NCBI RefSeq assembly: GCF_013315695.1
Contig: NZ_CP054353.1
Reading direction: 5' to 3' (one strand)
DNA length: 64,000 nt
Source: Escherichia coli
GTDB taxonomy: Bacteria > Pseudomonadota > Gammaproteobacteria > Enterobacterales > Enterobacteriaceae
Part shown: one piece after another, positions 26,503-38,551 of the stretch
Position numbering within the stretch: position 1 is the stretch's first letter
Layout: the number at the start of each line of letters is the position of its first letter
Program-made: the position numbers and the translations under genes
Notes under the pieces: generated by a model
Database searches by the model: none
The model's input: the letters and a program-made list of their open reading frames with translations, nothing else
Told to the model about the DNA's origin: nothing

Positions 26503-27489
26503 CTAGTTGCCAGAAGCCAGCGAGGTTAGTTGCGCAAGCAGTTTCGCTGGTTCATCACCTGAAAGCTGTGCGTCTACAGGCAAATACCACCAATTTTCTT
26601 CTGCAAAGGCCCGGCATTTCACCGCATCTTTTTCAGTCATTACCAGCGTTTGCCCAGCGCTGACCAACGCGCTGACATCCGCATGATTCAAAGACTGATG
26701 ATCGGCCAGCGGTACACATTTTTCCGGTTGTACGCCACACATCTTCAGCGTGGCAAAAAAGCGCGGCGGATGACCAATCCCTGCCATCGCCACCACATGT
26801 TCAAGCTGAGCAACGTCACAACGCGTACCGGTACGTAAATTCACCGCCTGACCCGGCAGCAGATGCATGGGGATTTCACCGCTGCGGGGGACACCACCGT
26901 TGACGATTACCGCATCAACGGACTTTAAGCGCCCCGCTCGCTCACGCATTGGCCCCGCCGGCAACCACCAGCCATTGCCAAAGCGACGCACACCATCAAT
27001 AACGACAATTTCCACATCACGCGCCAGACGGTAATGCTGTAAACCGTCGTCGGTTACGATGATCTGCACATCAGGGTGTTGCGCCAGAATGGCTTTTATC
27101 GCATCAGAACGCACGGGAGAAACCGCAACAGGCGCATCAGTGCGTTGATAAATCAACACAGGTTCATCACCCGCCTGTGCTGTGGTGGTATCTGCCGACA
27201 ATAACAGCGGATAAGATTCAGCCTTACCACCATATCCCCGCGATACGACCCCCACGCGAATACCGCGCTGTTGCAACTGTTCCACCAGCCAGACAACGAC
27301 CGGGGTTTTTCCGTTGCCGCCTGCGGTGAGATTACCAACCACGACAACCGGTACGGGGGCACGCCAGGCGCGCTTCAGTTTTAGTTTATAGCAAAGACGG
27401 ATCGCGCCACTCACCAGGCCATACAACCAGGAGAGTGGCAGCAATAGCCGCCACAAAGGGGATTCACCAGACCAGATTTTTTCGATCAT
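26503..27489 (-). CDS. lpxK: tetraacyldisaccharide 4'-kinase
   Basis: 328-aa ORF with P-loop [12 protein letters not shown]; start overlaps the msbA stop (ATGA). Confidence 0.94.
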   Translation of the reverse strand: MIEKIWSGESPLWRLLLPLSWLYGLVSGAIRLCYKLKLKRAWRAPVPVVVVGNLTAGGNGKTPVVVWLVEQLQQRGIRVGVVSRGYGGKAESYPLLLSADTTTAQAGDEPVLIYQRTDAPVAVSPVRSDAIKAILAQHPDVQIIVTDDGLQHYRLARDVEIVVIDGVRRFGNGWWLPAGPMRERAGRLKSVDAVIVNGGVPRSGEIPMHLLPGQAVNLRTGTRCDVAQLEHVVAMAGIGHPPRFFATLKMCGVQPEKCVPLADHQSLNHADVSALVSAGQTLVMTEKDAVKCRAFAEENWWYLPVDAQLSGDEPAKLLAQLTSLASGN

Positions 27490-29234
27490 TGGCCAAACTG
27501 CATTTTGTGAAGTTGCGCGTAAACGCCACGGTGCTCAAGCAAATCGTTATGCGTACCGCGTTCCACAATGACACCATCCTCGACGACCACGATTTCGTCT
27601 GCCTTTTCAATGGTAGACAAGCGGTGGGCAATCACCAGAGAGGTACGGTTTTTCTGCAACTCATCCAGTGCCGCCTGAATCGCACGTTCGGATTCGGTAT
27701 CCAACGCCGAGGTAGCTTCGTCCAGAATCAGTATCGGGCTATCACGCAACAAGGCTCGAGCGATAGCAATACGCTGACGCTGACCGCCAGAGAGCAGCAC
27801 GCCGTTTTCACCAATGACTGTATCGAGACCGTTATCCATCTTATTGATGAAGTCCATGGCGTAGGCCATACGCGCCGCTTCTTCAATTTGCTCACGGCTG
27901 TACTGTTCAGTCCTTGCGTAAGCAATGTTGTTGGCAACCGTATCGTTAAACAGATGGACATTCTGCGACACCAGAGCAACCTGGTTACGTAACGACGCCA
28001 GGGTATACTCGCGCAGATCGTGACCATCCATCAGGATTTCGCCTTCATCAATATCGTAAAAACGTGTGATCAGGCTGGCGATGGTTGATTTACCCGAACC
28101 AGAGCGTCCAACCAGAGCAACCGTCTTCCCTGCCGGAATTTTCAGGTTGATGTTACGCAATGCGGGTACGTCACGTCCCGGATAAGTAAAGGTGACATTG
28201 CGGAATTCCACGTCACCAGTCGCACGCTCGATCACGCGCTTACCTTCGTCTTTCTCCTGCTCACTGTCCAGAATGGTAAACAGCGTCTGACAAGCCGCCA
28301 TACCGCGCTGGAACTGGGCGTTAACGTTGGTCAGCGATTTCAGTGGACGCATCAGTGCAATCATTGAAGAGAAAACAACGGTAATCGTACCGGCAGTCAG
28401 GCTATCCATGACACTTGGGAAGCTTGCCGCATACAGAACAAACGCCAGCGCCAAAGAGGCGATCAGCTGAATGATCGGATCAGAGATGGAAGAGGCTGAA
28501 ACCATTTTCATCCCCTGAAGACGCATTCGGTTACTGACTTTATCGAAGCGTTTCGTTTCCACTTCCTGACCACCGAAAATCAATACTTCTTTGTGGCCCT
28601 TCAGCATTTGTTCAGCGCTGGTGGTCACCTGTCCCATGGTGTTCTGCATGTTTTTACTGATGTTGCGAAAACGCTTCGATACAACGCGAATCGCAATCGA
28701 AACAATCGGTGCCAGCACAATCAAAATGATCGACAGTTGCCAACTGTAATAGAACATCATGATGAACAGGCCGATGATCGACGCACCTTCACGCACAACA
28801 GTAATCAGTGCGCCGGAAGAGGAAGAAGCAACCTGTTCGGAATCGTAGGTGATACGTGACAACAGCGTACCCGTTGACTGTTTGTCAAAGAATGAAACCG
28901 GCATTCCCATCATGTGACCAAACAGGCGGCGACGCATGGTCATTACCACCTTTCCTGATACCCAGGAGATACAGTAGCTGGAGACATAGCTGGTGATACC
29001 ACGCAAAATCATCAGCCCGATCACCACCAGCGGCATCCACACCAGCACGGAGCGATCTGTTTTACCAAAGCCATCATCAAGAAGTGGCTTAAGGAGCGAT
29101 AACATGAAGGTATCGCTGGCTGCGTTGAGGATTAACGCTACGCCCGCCACGATCAGACCCGCTTTAAAAGGCGCAATGGTTGGCCACAGTCGGCGGAATG
29201 TCTGCCACGTAGAGAGATCTTTGTCGTTATGCAT
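27486..29234 (-). CDS. msbA: lipid A/LPS flippase ABC transporter
   Basis: 582-aa ORF with six-TM domain, Walker A (GRSGSGKST), signature LSGGQRQR and Walker B ([12 protein letters not shown]). Confidence 0.96.
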   Translation of the reverse strand: MHNDKDLSTWQTFRRLWPTIAPFKAGLIVAGVALILNAASDTFMLSLLKPLLDDGFGKTDRSVLVWMPLVVIGLMILRGITSYVSSYCISWVSGKVVMTMRRRLFGHMMGMPVSFFDKQSTGTLLSRITYDSEQVASSSSGALITVVREGASIIGLFIMMFYYSWQLSIILIVLAPIVSIAIRVVSKRFRNISKNMQNTMGQVTTSAEQMLKGHKEVLIFGGQEVETKRFDKVSNRMRLQGMKMVSASSISDPIIQLIASLALAFVLYAASFPSVMDSLTAGTITVVFSSMIALMRPLKSLTNVNAQFQRGMAACQTLFTILDSEQEKDEGKRVIERATGDVEFRNVTFTYPGRDVPALRNINLKIPAGKTVALVGRSGSGKSTIASLITRFYDIDEGEILMDGHDLREYTLASLRNQVALVSQNVHLFNDTVANNIAYARTEQYSREQIEEAARMAYAMDFINKMDNGLDTVIGENGVLLSGGQRQRIAIARALLRDSPILILDEATSALDTESERAIQAALDELQKNRTSLVIAHRLSTIEKADEIVVVEDGVIVERGTHNDLLEHRGVYAQLHKMQFGQ

Positions 29235-29270
29235 TCAAAAAACCAGCATTTGTTGAAATAGCCGCATATT

Positions 29271-31535
29271 CTACCCGTTATCCACTGGCACGCCAAACCA
29301 CTGATGATACCAACGAGGTAAAATTTGCTCTCTGAGGCTGCTAATCCGCCAGCCTTGCGCTGAAAAATTGACCGTCACTTGACCCTGATGTGGAGTATCA
29401 CCCCATTGATATCCTTGCTGTTGATAGCGATGCTTAACTTTGTTAGAGGGCAATCGCCATGCGTTATAGCGCGATGCCGATGCGAGTGCCACTTTTCCAT
29501 TCACTCGCTGAATTAATGGCAACGATGATGAGGTATTACTGCCATGGTGAGGTACCTGAAGCAATGTTGCCTGCACTTGCTGCCAGTAACGGCTTAGCAT
29601 CTTTTGTTCAGCGGGGGCTTCAATATCACCGGTTAGAAGAATGCTATTCGTCCCGTCATCAACCTTAACCACACAGGAATGGTTATTTCCTTTATCGTTG
29701 CTAGCTTGTAAAGGCCAGTGCACGCTGAAACGCAATCCTTGCCATTGCCACGCTTCGCCACGCACACAGGGCTGATGGTGTTCCCAGTTTAACGGACTTC
29801 TGATCCATAACATCGGCCATGTATGCAATATTGAGTCCAGCCCTCCCCGGTGATCCAGATGTTCATGACTCAGAATAACGCCTTCCGGTTCAAGATTATG
29901 CCAGTGGAGCCAGGGGATAATCAGTTGTTGCCCACTATCCCCTTCAGGCCAGGCCAGTCCCGTGTCATAGAGAATCGCTTTGCCGTTTCTGGCTATCACC
30001 ATTGCCAGCCCTTGCCCGACATCAAGCATGTACACTTGCCACTCGTCAGGTCGAGGTTTTTGCCACAGCGGCCAGCACATCAGCAAGCCTCCAGCCACAC
30101 ACATTGCTGGCAACGTTCGCCAGGCATTTAATCGCCATACCACCAGTAAGAACCATGGGGAAAATGATAGCCATTGCCAACGTTCAGCAATGTTGATCCA
30201 CCCTTCCGGCAAACTCTTTAACCCCCAGAAAAGTAAAGCCAAAGACCGGTCGGCAAGAAACCATAATCCCTCTTCCAGGATTAACGGCCCGCTTAAATGC
30301 ACAACCATAGCGGCGAGGATCAACGGAACCGTGATAAATGTCACCAGGGGAATTGCAAATAGATTTGCAATAAACGAGGTCAGACTAATGCCATGAAATA
30401 TGACGATTTGCACGGGCATAAGCAGGAGTGTGATTCCCAGTTGCAGATGGATGAGGGAAACAACTGCACGCAATACCGGCGGCAGTTGCCACTCAGGACC
30501 GGGAAACCACTGATACCAAAAAATCAGTGCCGCGACCGCAGCGGCAGAGAGCCATAAACTTTGCGAGAGAATGGCAACAGGATCCATCAGCAAAATTGCC
30601 GCCAGACAACATATCCATACATCCCAGCCACTCCACTGTCGCCCACTTAACTTAAGCATTCCCCACGTAGCAAGCGCCACCACGGTACGCAATGCAGGAG
30701 GTTGCATTCCCGTCAGCCAGGCATAAAAAGCAGCACAGCAGATTCCGCCAATTAATGGCATTTGCCAGTGGATCCAGCGCCCAGGCAGAAAAATTTGTCC
30801 ACTGCGAATGAGTCCGGCAGCCAGCAACGCCGCAAAAGCGATGTGCAATCCCGATATCGCCATTAAATGCGCCGTTCCAGTATCGCGCATGATATTTTTG
30901 ATTTCTTTAGGGACGGATAACCGTTCCCCCATACCTAAACCAAGAATAACTGCATTCCACGGATAGGGTTGCAGCGTTGTTTGTAATGACGCCAGATACT
31001 GTGCACGCAAGCTACAATTCGGTTCAATGACACTTGCCTGCAGAAAGCGGCCGGTGAGCGGCTGATGCTGGGCAATGGCATAACGCTGGCTATCAAAGCC
31101 GCCATCATTAAGTTGGCCATGAACTGCACGAACTTTGAGTTTCATTGACCATTGTTGTCCAGCACAAACCGCTTGCGGAAGATATTCGCCATACAGCACG
31201 AGGCCTGGCGCAGGGAATATACGTCGACTTTGTAGATGAGTGATTTGACCGTAATGAGTGGTCATGCCGTCAGTAGCAGTGATCTCAACTATTGCATCCT
31301 GCGTCGCGCCAGTTAAGGTTTCTCCTGCCCACAAAATTTGCTTTGCCGCTGATATGCCCCAAAGAAAAAACAGCAACGTCAGCGCGATATAACGGACGGC
31401 TTTAAAAGGGATAAATACCAGTACGCAGGCGAAGACAGTCAGAAACGCAAGGGTTAATGTCCCAGGCAATTGGGGCAAAACCAGCAACGGAAAAATTCCG
31501 CAAATTATGCATACGCCGACTGTCGTTATTTTCAT
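29271..31535 (-). CDS. ycaI: ComEC/Rec2-family inner membrane protein with C-terminal MBL domain
   Basis: Polytopic membrane ORF with a C-terminal metallo-beta-lactamase motif (SHEHLDHRGG); start taken at MKITTVGV (754 aa), the track ORF extends upstream. Confidence 0.85.
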   Translation of the reverse strand: MKITTVGVCIICGIFPLLVLPQLPGTLTLAFLTVFACVLVFIPFKAVRYIALTLLFFLWGISAAKQILWAGETLTGATQDAIVEITATDGMTTHYGQITHLQSRRIFPAPGLVLYGEYLPQAVCAGQQWSMKLKVRAVHGQLNDGGFDSQRYAIAQHQPLTGRFLQASVIEPNCSLRAQYLASLQTTLQPYPWNAVILGLGMGERLSVPKEIKNIMRDTGTAHLMAISGLHIAFAALLAAGLIRSGQIFLPGRWIHWQMPLIGGICCAAFYAWLTGMQPPALRTVVALATWGMLKLSGRQWSGWDVWICCLAAILLMDPVAILSQSLWLSAAAVAALIFWYQWFPGPEWQLPPVLRAVVSLIHLQLGITLLLMPVQIVIFHGISLTSFIANLFAIPLVTFITVPLILAAMVVHLSGPLILEEGLWFLADRSLALLFWGLKSLPEGWINIAERWQWLSFSPWFLLVVWRLNAWRTLPAMCVAGGLLMCWPLWQKPRPDEWQVYMLDVGQGLAMVIARNGKAILYDTGLAWPEGDSGQQLIIPWLHWHNLEPEGVILSHEHLDHRGGLDSILHTWPMLWIRSPLNWEHHQPCVRGEAWQWQGLRFSVHWPLQASNDKGNNHSCVVKVDDGTNSILLTGDIEAPAEQKMLSRYWQQVQATLLQVPHHGSNTSSSLPLIQRVNGKVALASASRYNAWRLPSNKVKHRYQQQGYQWGDTPHQGQVTVNFSAQGWRISSLREQILPRWYHQWFGVPVDNG

Positions 31536-31690
31536 GCACCCCTCCCTGTTTATGGAAAGTGTGCAACTTTGTTGAGCGGTTGTCTGGTGGGAGTTTTGCG
31601 TTCCCCGAGGCACGTTCAGAAGAATTTAACGAGAGGGTGAAAACTGTTCAAAACTCTGCGAGACTGCTTCCAGTTCCAGATTAGAGAAAT

Positions 31691-31714
31691 GAAAAAAGCA
31701 CCCGACAGGTGCTT
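31691..31714 (-). terminator. rho-independent terminator of ihfB
   Basis: Hairpin AGCACCCGACAGGTGCT with an adjacent T-run on the minus strand, just after the ihfB stop. Confidence 0.7.
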
Positions 31715-31741
31715 TTCTCGCGTTCAAGTTTGAGTAAAAAC

Positions 31742-32026
31742 TTAACCGTAAATATTGGCGCGATCGCGCAGTTCTTTACCTGGTTTAAAGTGAGGAACGT
31801 ATTTTCCTTCCAGTTCTACTTTATCGCCAGTCTTCGGATTACGTCCGGTACGTGGTGCGCGGTAGTGCAAAGAGAAACTGCCGAAACCGCGGATTTCAAT
31901 ACGCTCGCCCTGCGCAAGAGTCGAGGCCATATGCTCCAGCATCTCTTTTACTGCATCTTCAACCGTCTTGGCGGGAATGTGCGATTGCTGGGTGGCAAGT
32001 CTTTCTATCAATTCTGACTTGGTCAT
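31742..32026 (-). CDS. ihfB: integration host factor beta subunit
   Basis: 94-aa ORF ([56 protein letters not shown]...) matching IHF-beta. Confidence 0.97.
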
Positions 32027-32080
32027 GATTCCTCCGGTTCCTTAAAGGCAAATTTAGCGGCTGCTGTTGCTGCATTGATT

Positions 32081-32102
32081 AAGGGCGGCCGTAGCCGCCC
32101 TT
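32081..32102 (-). terminator. hairpin terminator/attenuator downstream of rpsA
   Basis: AAGGGCGGC-CGTA-GCCGCCCTT palindrome between the rpsA stop and ihfB. Confidence 0.65.
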
Positions 32103-32185
32103 AGTGCTTGATTACAGGACGAAACCTGCAATCTGTCAAGTAAACTCAACAAACTTCGGAATAAAAATCCCGAAGAGTCAGAGAA

Positions 32186-33859
32186 TTACTCGCCTTTAGC
32201 TGCTTTGAAAGCTTCAGCCATTGCGTTGTTGGAGAAGTTTGCATCTTCCTGTTTGTTAACAGTTGCGATTGCATCTTTCTCGTCAGCTTCGTCTTTCGCA
32301 CGAACAGACAGGCTGATTGCGCGGTTTTTACGATCAACGCCGGTGAATTTAGCTTCAACTTCGTCGCCAACGCTCAGAACCAGGGTAGCGTCTTCAACGC
32401 GGTCACGGGATGCTTCAGAAGCACGCAGGTAACCTTCAACGCCGTCAGCCAGTTCTACGGTTGCGCCTTTAGCGTCAACTGCAGTTACTTTACCGGTTAC
32501 GATAGCGCCTTTCTTGTTCAGAGCAACCCAGTTGTTGAACGGATCTTCTGCGAGCTGTTTAACGCCCAGGGAGATACGTTCACGTTCTGCGTCAACCTGC
32601 AGAACAACTGCAGCGATTTCGTCGCCTTTTTTGTATTCACGAACTGCTTCTTCGCCTGCAACGTTCCAGGAGATGTCAGACAGGTGAACCAGGCCGTCGA
32701 TGCCGCCGTCCAGGCCGATGAAGATACCGAAGTCAGTGATAGACTTGATTTTACCTTCAACACGGTCACCCTTGTTGTGGGTTTCCGCGAACTGCTGCCA
32801 CGGGTTAGCTTTGCACTGTTTCAGACCCAGGGAGATACGACGACGTTCTTCGTCGATATCCAGAACCATAACTTCCACTACATCGCCAACGTTAACAACT
32901 TTGGACGGGTGGATGTTTTTGTTGGTCCAATCCATTTCGGAAACGTGTACCAGGCCTTCAACACCTTCTTCGATTTCAACGAAGCAGCCGTAGTCGGTCA
33001 GGTTGGTCACGCGACCAGTCAGTTTGGTACCTTCCGGATAACGTTTAGCGATAGCTACCCACGGATCTTCACCCAGCTGTTTCAGGCCCAGGGATACACG
33101 GGTACGTTCGCGGTCGAACTTCAGCACTTTAACAGTGATTTCGTCGCCCACGTTGACGATTTCGCTCGGATGCTTAACGCGTTTCCAGGCCATATCAGTG
33201 ATGTGCAGCAGGCCGTCAACGCCGCCCAGATCAACGAATGCACCGTAGTCAGTGAGGTTCTTAACGATACCTTTAACTTCCATGCCTTCCTGCAGGTTTT
33301 CCAGCAGCTGATCGCGCTCTGCGCTGTTTTCGGATTCGATAACGGCACGACGAGAAACAACAACGTTGTTGCGCTTCTGATCCAGCTTGATTACTTTGAA
33401 TTCAAGCTCTTTGCCTTCCAGGTGCAGAGTGTCACGCACCGGACGAACGTCTACCAGAGAACCTGGCAGGAACGCACGAATACCGTTCAGCTCAACAGTG
33501 AAGCCGCCCTTAACTTTGCCGTTGATAACACCGGTAACAGTTTCAGCATCTTCGTAAGCTTTTTCCAGCGTGATCCAGGCTTCGTGACGTTTAGCTTTCT
33601 CACGGGACAGCAGAGTTTCACCGAAGCCGTCTTCTACTGCGTCCAGAGCAACGTCAACTTCGTCACCTACCTGGATTTCCAGCTCGCCCTGGGCGTTTTT
33701 GAACTGCTCAGCCGGGATGGCGGACTCAGATTTCAGACCAGCGTCAACCAGTACTACGTCTTTGTCGATAGCAACAACAACGCCACGAACGATAGAACCC
33801 GGGCGGGTTTCGATTTCTTTTAAGGACTCTTCAAAGAGTTGAGCAAAAGATTCAGTCAT
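32186..33859 (-). CDS. rpsA: 30S ribosomal protein S1
   Basis: 557-aa ORF ([34 protein letters not shown]...) with repeated S1 domains. Confidence 0.98.
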
Positions 33860-33969
33860 GTTTAATCTTCAGGTTTATATTTAACGTCCACCTGGCTCCA
33901 TGCCGGATGGGGTTGTTTAACATACCCGCTGTCATTCCATTGCAACGGGGGTACTGCAAATTCGGTCGC

Positions 33970-34653
33970 TTATGCGAGAGCCAATTTCTGGCGCGCGTAT
34001 TGTAGCGCTTTTTCAATCACTTGCTCAATGCTTAAGGTGGTGGAATCCAACACTAAAGCATCGGCTGCCGGAACCAGTGGCGCTACCGCTCGGTTACGAT
34101 CGCGGTCGTCGCGTTCTTTGATCTCGGCCAAAAGGCGCTCAAAGTTAACACTAAAGCCCTTCTCCTGCAACTGTAGCATGCGGCGATGCGCACGTTCTTC
34201 CGAGGAGGCGTCAAGGAAAATTTTCACTGGCGCATCAGGGAATACCACCGTTCCCATGTCGCGGCCATCGGCAATCAGGCCTGGTAATTCGCGAAACGCG
34301 CGTTGGCGACGCAATAATGCTTCACGAACGCGTGGGAATGCCGCGACTTGTGAAGCAGCATTCGCCACTTCCTGAGTACGAATTTCGCCGCTGACATCTT
34401 CCCCTTCGAGGATCACTTCCAGATTGCCATTGGTCGACACAAAACGTACATCCAGATGGGATGCCAGCGGCACCAGCGCATCTTCCGAAGCAACATCAAC
34501 ATGGTGATGTAATGCCGCCAGTGCCAGTACGCGATAAATTGCACCCGAATCCAGCAGATGCCATTGCAACGCTTCCGCCATAGCCTTACACAAGGTGCCT
34601 TTCCCTGCACCGCTTGGGCCATCAATGGTAATAACCGGGGCAATTGCCGTCAT
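33970..34653 (-). CDS. cmk: cytidylate kinase
   Basis: 227-aa ORF with P-loop GPSGAGKGT. Confidence 0.96.
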
Positions 34654-34825
34654 CTTTATCTCCTTAAAACAGGCGTACCGTTAACATAACCGCGCGCATT
34701 ATACGCGCCGACGCCACAAATCGTTAACGTTGTGTGCAAAAACCAGTTTTGTCTGTATTCAGATGGGGATTTATTGCGCAATTATAGCGGGCTGGCAGAA
34801 GACCAGCCCGAAAGATGACAATGAT

Positions 34826-35590
34826 TTACTTACCAGAGGCGATACGATCACGGATGTGTTGCGCACGCTCTGTTGATGGTGGGTGAGAGTCAAACATGGA
34901 CTGGGTACGACCGCCATCCAGGCTGGCCAATTTTTCAAAGCTGCCAACCAGCCCCTGGGTGCTGATGCCACGTTTCTTCAACAGATCAAAGGAGAAATCA
35001 TCTGCTTCGGACTCTTTATCGCGGGAGTATTTAGCATTGATCGCGCCTTCTGCGATATCACCTAATTGTGAGCGAGAAAGCTGGGAAGCCACACCGCTGG
35101 TAGCGGAAATCGCATCACGTGCGGCAACGATCGCATAAGAAGCTTTCATTTCAGCCAGCGAGTGACCCAACGCGACGTGGCCCAGTTCATGACCCAGAAC
35201 GCCTTCAATTTCGTTGTCGTTCATCATGTCCATCAGGCCACTGTAGACACGAACACAGCCGTTCGCCATCGCCCATGCGTTGACGTCGCTGGTCATATAA
35301 ACCTTATAGTTGACCGGCGTGCCATTAATATTGTTACCCAATGCTTTGGCGATTTTTGCCAGACGTTTACCGTACTTGCTGGATTTACTTGCGACTTGAT
35401 TGCCGCTGTCCATTTCGGCACAGCCCTGATTGGCAATCGCTTTTGCATCAGCATCGCTTAACGTTGCTGCTTTATAGGCATTTAAACCTGAGCTGATAGC
35501 CATATTGGTATCAATACCGTGGGTATTTTGACACCCTGTCAGTAATGCTGCAGAGGCCGCAATCGCCAGCAGTAATTTAGTATTCTTCAT
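34826..35590 (-). CDS. ycaL: M48-family zinc metalloprotease lipoprotein
   Basis: ORF with lipoprotein signal (MKNTKLLLAIAASAALLTGC) and HELGH zinc motif; start taken at MKNTK, the track ORF extends 8 codons upstream. Confidence 0.88.
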   Translation of the reverse strand: MKNTKLLLAIAASAALLTGCQNTHGIDTNMAISSGLNAYKAATLSDADAKAIANQGCAEMDSGNQVASKSSKYGKRLAKIAKALGNNINGTPVNYKVYMTSDVNAWAMANGCVRVYSGLMDMMNDNEIEGVLGHELGHVALGHSLAEMKASYAIVAARDAISATSGVASQLSRSQLGDIAEGAINAKYSRDKESEADDFSFDLLKKRGISTQGLVGSFEKLASLDGGRTQSMFDSHPPSTERAQHIRDRIASGK

Positions 35591-35699
35591 GTGAATCATC
35601 CGTTGATTAATCATATATAAATATTATGTATCAACAACTTACATTGACAAGCGACGCTACCATTAATCAAAATGACTCACAAGGTCCGAAAAAAAACGC

Positions 35700-35712
35700 C
35701 GACAATGTGCCG
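35700..35712. repeat. 13-bp target-site duplication, left copy (CGACAATGTGCCG)
   Basis: Identical 13-mer immediately flanks both ends of the IS4 copy (the other copy is 37139-37151). Confidence 0.9.
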
Positions 35713-37138
35713 TAATGCCGATCAGTTAAGGATCAGTTGACCGATCCAGTGGCTGTGTAAGAATCCGGAAACGCTCACTTGTTTCCGGATTTTTTTATGC
35801 ACATTGGACAGGCTCTTGATCTGGTATCCCGTTACGATTCTCTGCGTAACCCACTGACTTCTCTGGGGGATTACCTCGACCCCGAACTCATCTCTCGTTG
35901 CCTTGCCGAATCAGGTACTGTAACGCTACGCAAGCGCCGTCTTCCCCTCGAAATGATGGTCTGGTGTATTGTTGGCATGGCGCTTGAGCGTAAAGAACCT
36001 CTTCACCAGATTGTGAATCGCCTGGACATCATGCTGCCGGGCAATCGCCCCTTCGTTGCCCCCAGTGCCGTTATTCAGGCCCGCCAGCGCCTGGGAAGTG
36101 AGGCTGTCCGCCGCGTGTTCACGAAAACAGCGCAGCTCTGGCATAACGCCACGCCGCATCCGCACTGGTGCGGCCTGACCCTGCTGGCCATCGATGGTGT
36201 GTTCTGGCGCACACCGGATACACCAGAGAACGATGCAGCCTTCCCCCGCCAGACACATGCCGGGAACCCGGCGCTCTACCCGCAGGTCAAAATGGTCTGC
36301 CAGATGGAACTGACCAGCCATCTGCTGACGGCTGCAGCCTTCGGCACGATGAAGAACAGCGAAAATGAGCTTGCTGAGCAACTTATAGAACAAACCGGCG
36401 ATAACACTCTGACGTTAATGGATAAAGGTTATTACTCACTGGGACTGTTAAATGCCTGGAGCCTGGCGGGAGAACACCGCCACTGGATGATACCTCTCAG
36501 AAAGGGAGCGCAATATGAAGAGATCAGAAAACTGGGTAAAGGCGATCATCTGGTGAAGCTGAAAACCAGCCCGCAGGCACGAAAAAAGTGGCCGGGACTG
36601 GGAAATGAAGTGACAGCCCGCCTGCTGACCGTGACGCGCAAAGGAAAAGTCTGCCATCTGCTGACGTCGATGACGGACGCCATGCGCTTCCCCGGAGGAG
36701 AAATGGCGGATCTGTACAGTCATCGCTGGGAAATCGAACTGGGATACAGGGAGATAAAACAGACGATGCAACTGAGCAGGCTGACGCTGAGAAGTAAAAA
36801 ACCGGAGCTTGTGGAGCAAGAGCTGTGGGGTGTCTTACTGGCTTATAATCTGGTGAGATATCAGATGATTAAAATGGCGGAACATCTGAAAGGTTACTGG
36901 CCGAATCAACTGAGTTTCTCAGAATCATGCGGAATGGTGATGAGAATGCTGATGACATTGCAGGGCGCTTCACCGGGACGTATACCGGAGCTGATGCGCG
37001 ATCTTGCAAGTATGGGACAACTTGTGAAATTACCGACAAGAAGGGAAAGGGCCTTCCCGAGAGTGGTAAAGGAGAGGCCCTGGAAATACCCCACAGCCCC
37101 GAAAAAGAGCCAGTCAGTTGCTTAACTGACTGGCATTA
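35713..37138 (+). mobile_element. IS4 insertion sequence, complete (1426 bp)
   Basis: 18-bp imperfect terminal inverted repeats (TAATGCCGATCAGTTAAG at 35713-35730; reverse complement of 37121-37138 matches 16/18), a single transposase ORF, exact 1426-bp length, and a 13-bp direct repeat on both flanks. Confidence 0.95.
35797..37125 (+). CDS. insG: IS4 transposase
   Basis: 442-aa ORF from ATG 35797 ([20 protein letters not shown]...) matching IS4 InsG; the track ORF start at 35779 is an alternative-start extension. Confidence 0.95.
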   Translation: MHIGQALDLVSRYDSLRNPLTSLGDYLDPELISRCLAESGTVTLRKRRLPLEMMVWCIVGMALERKEPLHQIVNRLDIMLPGNRPFVAPSAVIQARQRLGSEAVRRVFTKTAQLWHNATPHPHWCGLTLLAIDGVFWRTPDTPENDAAFPRQTHAGNPALYPQVKMVCQMELTSHLLTAAAFGTMKNSENELAEQLIEQTGDNTLTLMDKGYYSLGLLNAWSLAGEHRHWMIPLRKGAQYEEIRKLGKGDHLVKLKTSPQARKKWPGLGNEVTARLLTVTRKGKVCHLLTSMTDAMRFPGGEMADLYSHRWEIELGYREIKQTMQLSRLTLRSKKPELVEQELWGVLLAYNLVRYQMIKMAEHLKGYWPNQLSFSESCGMVMRMLMTLQGASPGRIPELMRDLASMGQLVKLPTRRERAFPRVVKERPWKYPTAPKKSQSVA

Positions 37139-37151
37139 CGACAATGTGCCG
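37139..37151. repeat. 13-bp target-site duplication, right copy (CGACAATGTGCCG)
   Basis: Exact copy of 35700-35712 directly abutting the right IS4 inverted repeat. Confidence 0.9.
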
Positions 37152-37197
37152 ACGTTTTGATAAAGAAAGATTTGGCTATTTATTGCACGTTGTTCAT

Positions 37198-38481
37198 TCA
37201 GGCTGCCTGGCTAATCCGCGCCAGCTGCTCGAAATAATCCGGAAATGTTTTGGCCGTGCATTTGGGATCAAGAATCGTCACTGCCGTATCTGATAATGCG
37301 ACCAGCGAGAAACACATCGCCATCCGGTGATCATTATAAGTGGCGATCTCAGCAAATTTCAGTTTTTCCGGTGGCGTAATGCGAATAAAATCGTGCCCCT
37401 CTTCGACTTCCGCACCAACTTTACGCAGTTCTGTTGCCATCGCAAACAGGCGATCGGTCTCTTTAACACGCCAGTTATAGATATTGCGCAGCGTGGTGGT
37501 GCCTTTTGCAAATAACGCCGCCGTGGCAATGGTCATCGCCGCATCAGGAATATGGTTCATATCCATATCAATGGCGTTCAGTTCACCACGCGTGCAGGAA
37601 ATATAATCATCGCCCCAGCAAATGGTCGCACCCATTTTTTCCAGCACATCAGCAAAGCGAATATCACCCTGCATACTGTTGCGTCCAATGCCGGTCACTT
37701 TTACAGTGCCGCCTCTGATTGCTGCTGCTGCCAGGAAATAAGAAGCCGAGGATGCATCGCCTTCGACCAAATAAGTACCCGGAGACTGATAAGACTGCCC
37801 CCCTTTTACGACAAATTGTTGATAGTGCTGATTTTCAATTTCAACACCAAACGTCTTCATCAGATTGAGGGTGATGTCGATATAAGGTTTAGAAACCAGA
37901 TCGCCTTTAATACGAATCACCGTATCTTCCGACGCAAGAGGTGCAGTCATTAACAGTGCGGTGAGGAACTGGCTGGAAACGGAGCCATCAACGTCAACGT
38001 TGCCGCCAGTAAAGCCGCCCTGTAAACGCAATGGTGGATAATTTTCTTGTTCCAGGTAAGTGATCTTCGCCCCGCCCAGGCGCAGCGCATCCACCAGATG
38101 ACCAATGGGGCGTTCTTTCATACGCGGTTCACCGGTCAGCACAATATCATTGCTACCCAGACAAAGAGCTGCCGCCAGCGGACGCATTGCCGTTCCGGCG
38201 TTACCGAGGAACAACTCCAGGGCACTTTTTGCGTGTAATGGACCGCCGTTACCGATGATTTCGCAACGCGTACGATCGGCTGAAAGCGTATAGCTTACCC
38301 CTAACGCTGCTAATGCATTCAGCATATGGCGCACGTCATCGCTATCCAGCAGATTGGTTAATACTGTTTTGCCATGTGCTAATGCCGCCAGCAATAAAGC
38401 GCGGTTAGAAACGCTCTTGGAACCAGGCAGATTAATGGTGCCATCGACACGAGCGATGGGTTGTAACGTCAGGGATTCCAT
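37198..38481 (-). CDS. aroA: 3-phosphoshikimate 1-carboxyvinyltransferase (EPSP synthase)
   Basis: 427-aa ORF ([49 protein letters not shown]...) matching AroA. Confidence 0.97.
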   Translation of the reverse strand: MESLTLQPIARVDGTINLPGSKSVSNRALLLAALAHGKTVLTNLLDSDDVRHMLNALAALGVSYTLSADRTRCEIIGNGGPLHAKSALELFLGNAGTAMRPLAAALCLGSNDIVLTGEPRMKERPIGHLVDALRLGGAKITYLEQENYPPLRLQGGFTGGNVDVDGSVSSQFLTALLMTAPLASEDTVIRIKGDLVSKPYIDITLNLMKTFGVEIENQHYQQFVVKGGQSYQSPGTYLVEGDASSASYFLAAAAIRGGTVKVTGIGRNSMQGDIRFADVLEKMGATICWGDDYISCTRGELNAIDMDMNHIPDAAMTIATAALFAKGTTTLRNIYNWRVKETDRLFAMATELRKVGAEVEEGHDFIRITPPEKLKFAEIATYNDHRMAMCFSLVALSDTAVTILDPKCTAKTFPDYFEQLARISQAA

Positions 38482-38551
38482 GAACTCAACTCTCTACAAC
38501 AGAAATAAAAACCCCACAGGCTGGCTGTGGGGATTAAGCAAAATTTCGGCA

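Noticed and set aside
32684-33823. 379-aa ORF antisense to rpsA, and similar antisense ORFs inside ompF (9101-9874), mukB, msbA and ycaO
   Set aside because: Shadow ORFs within strongly supported genes; no recognisable domains.
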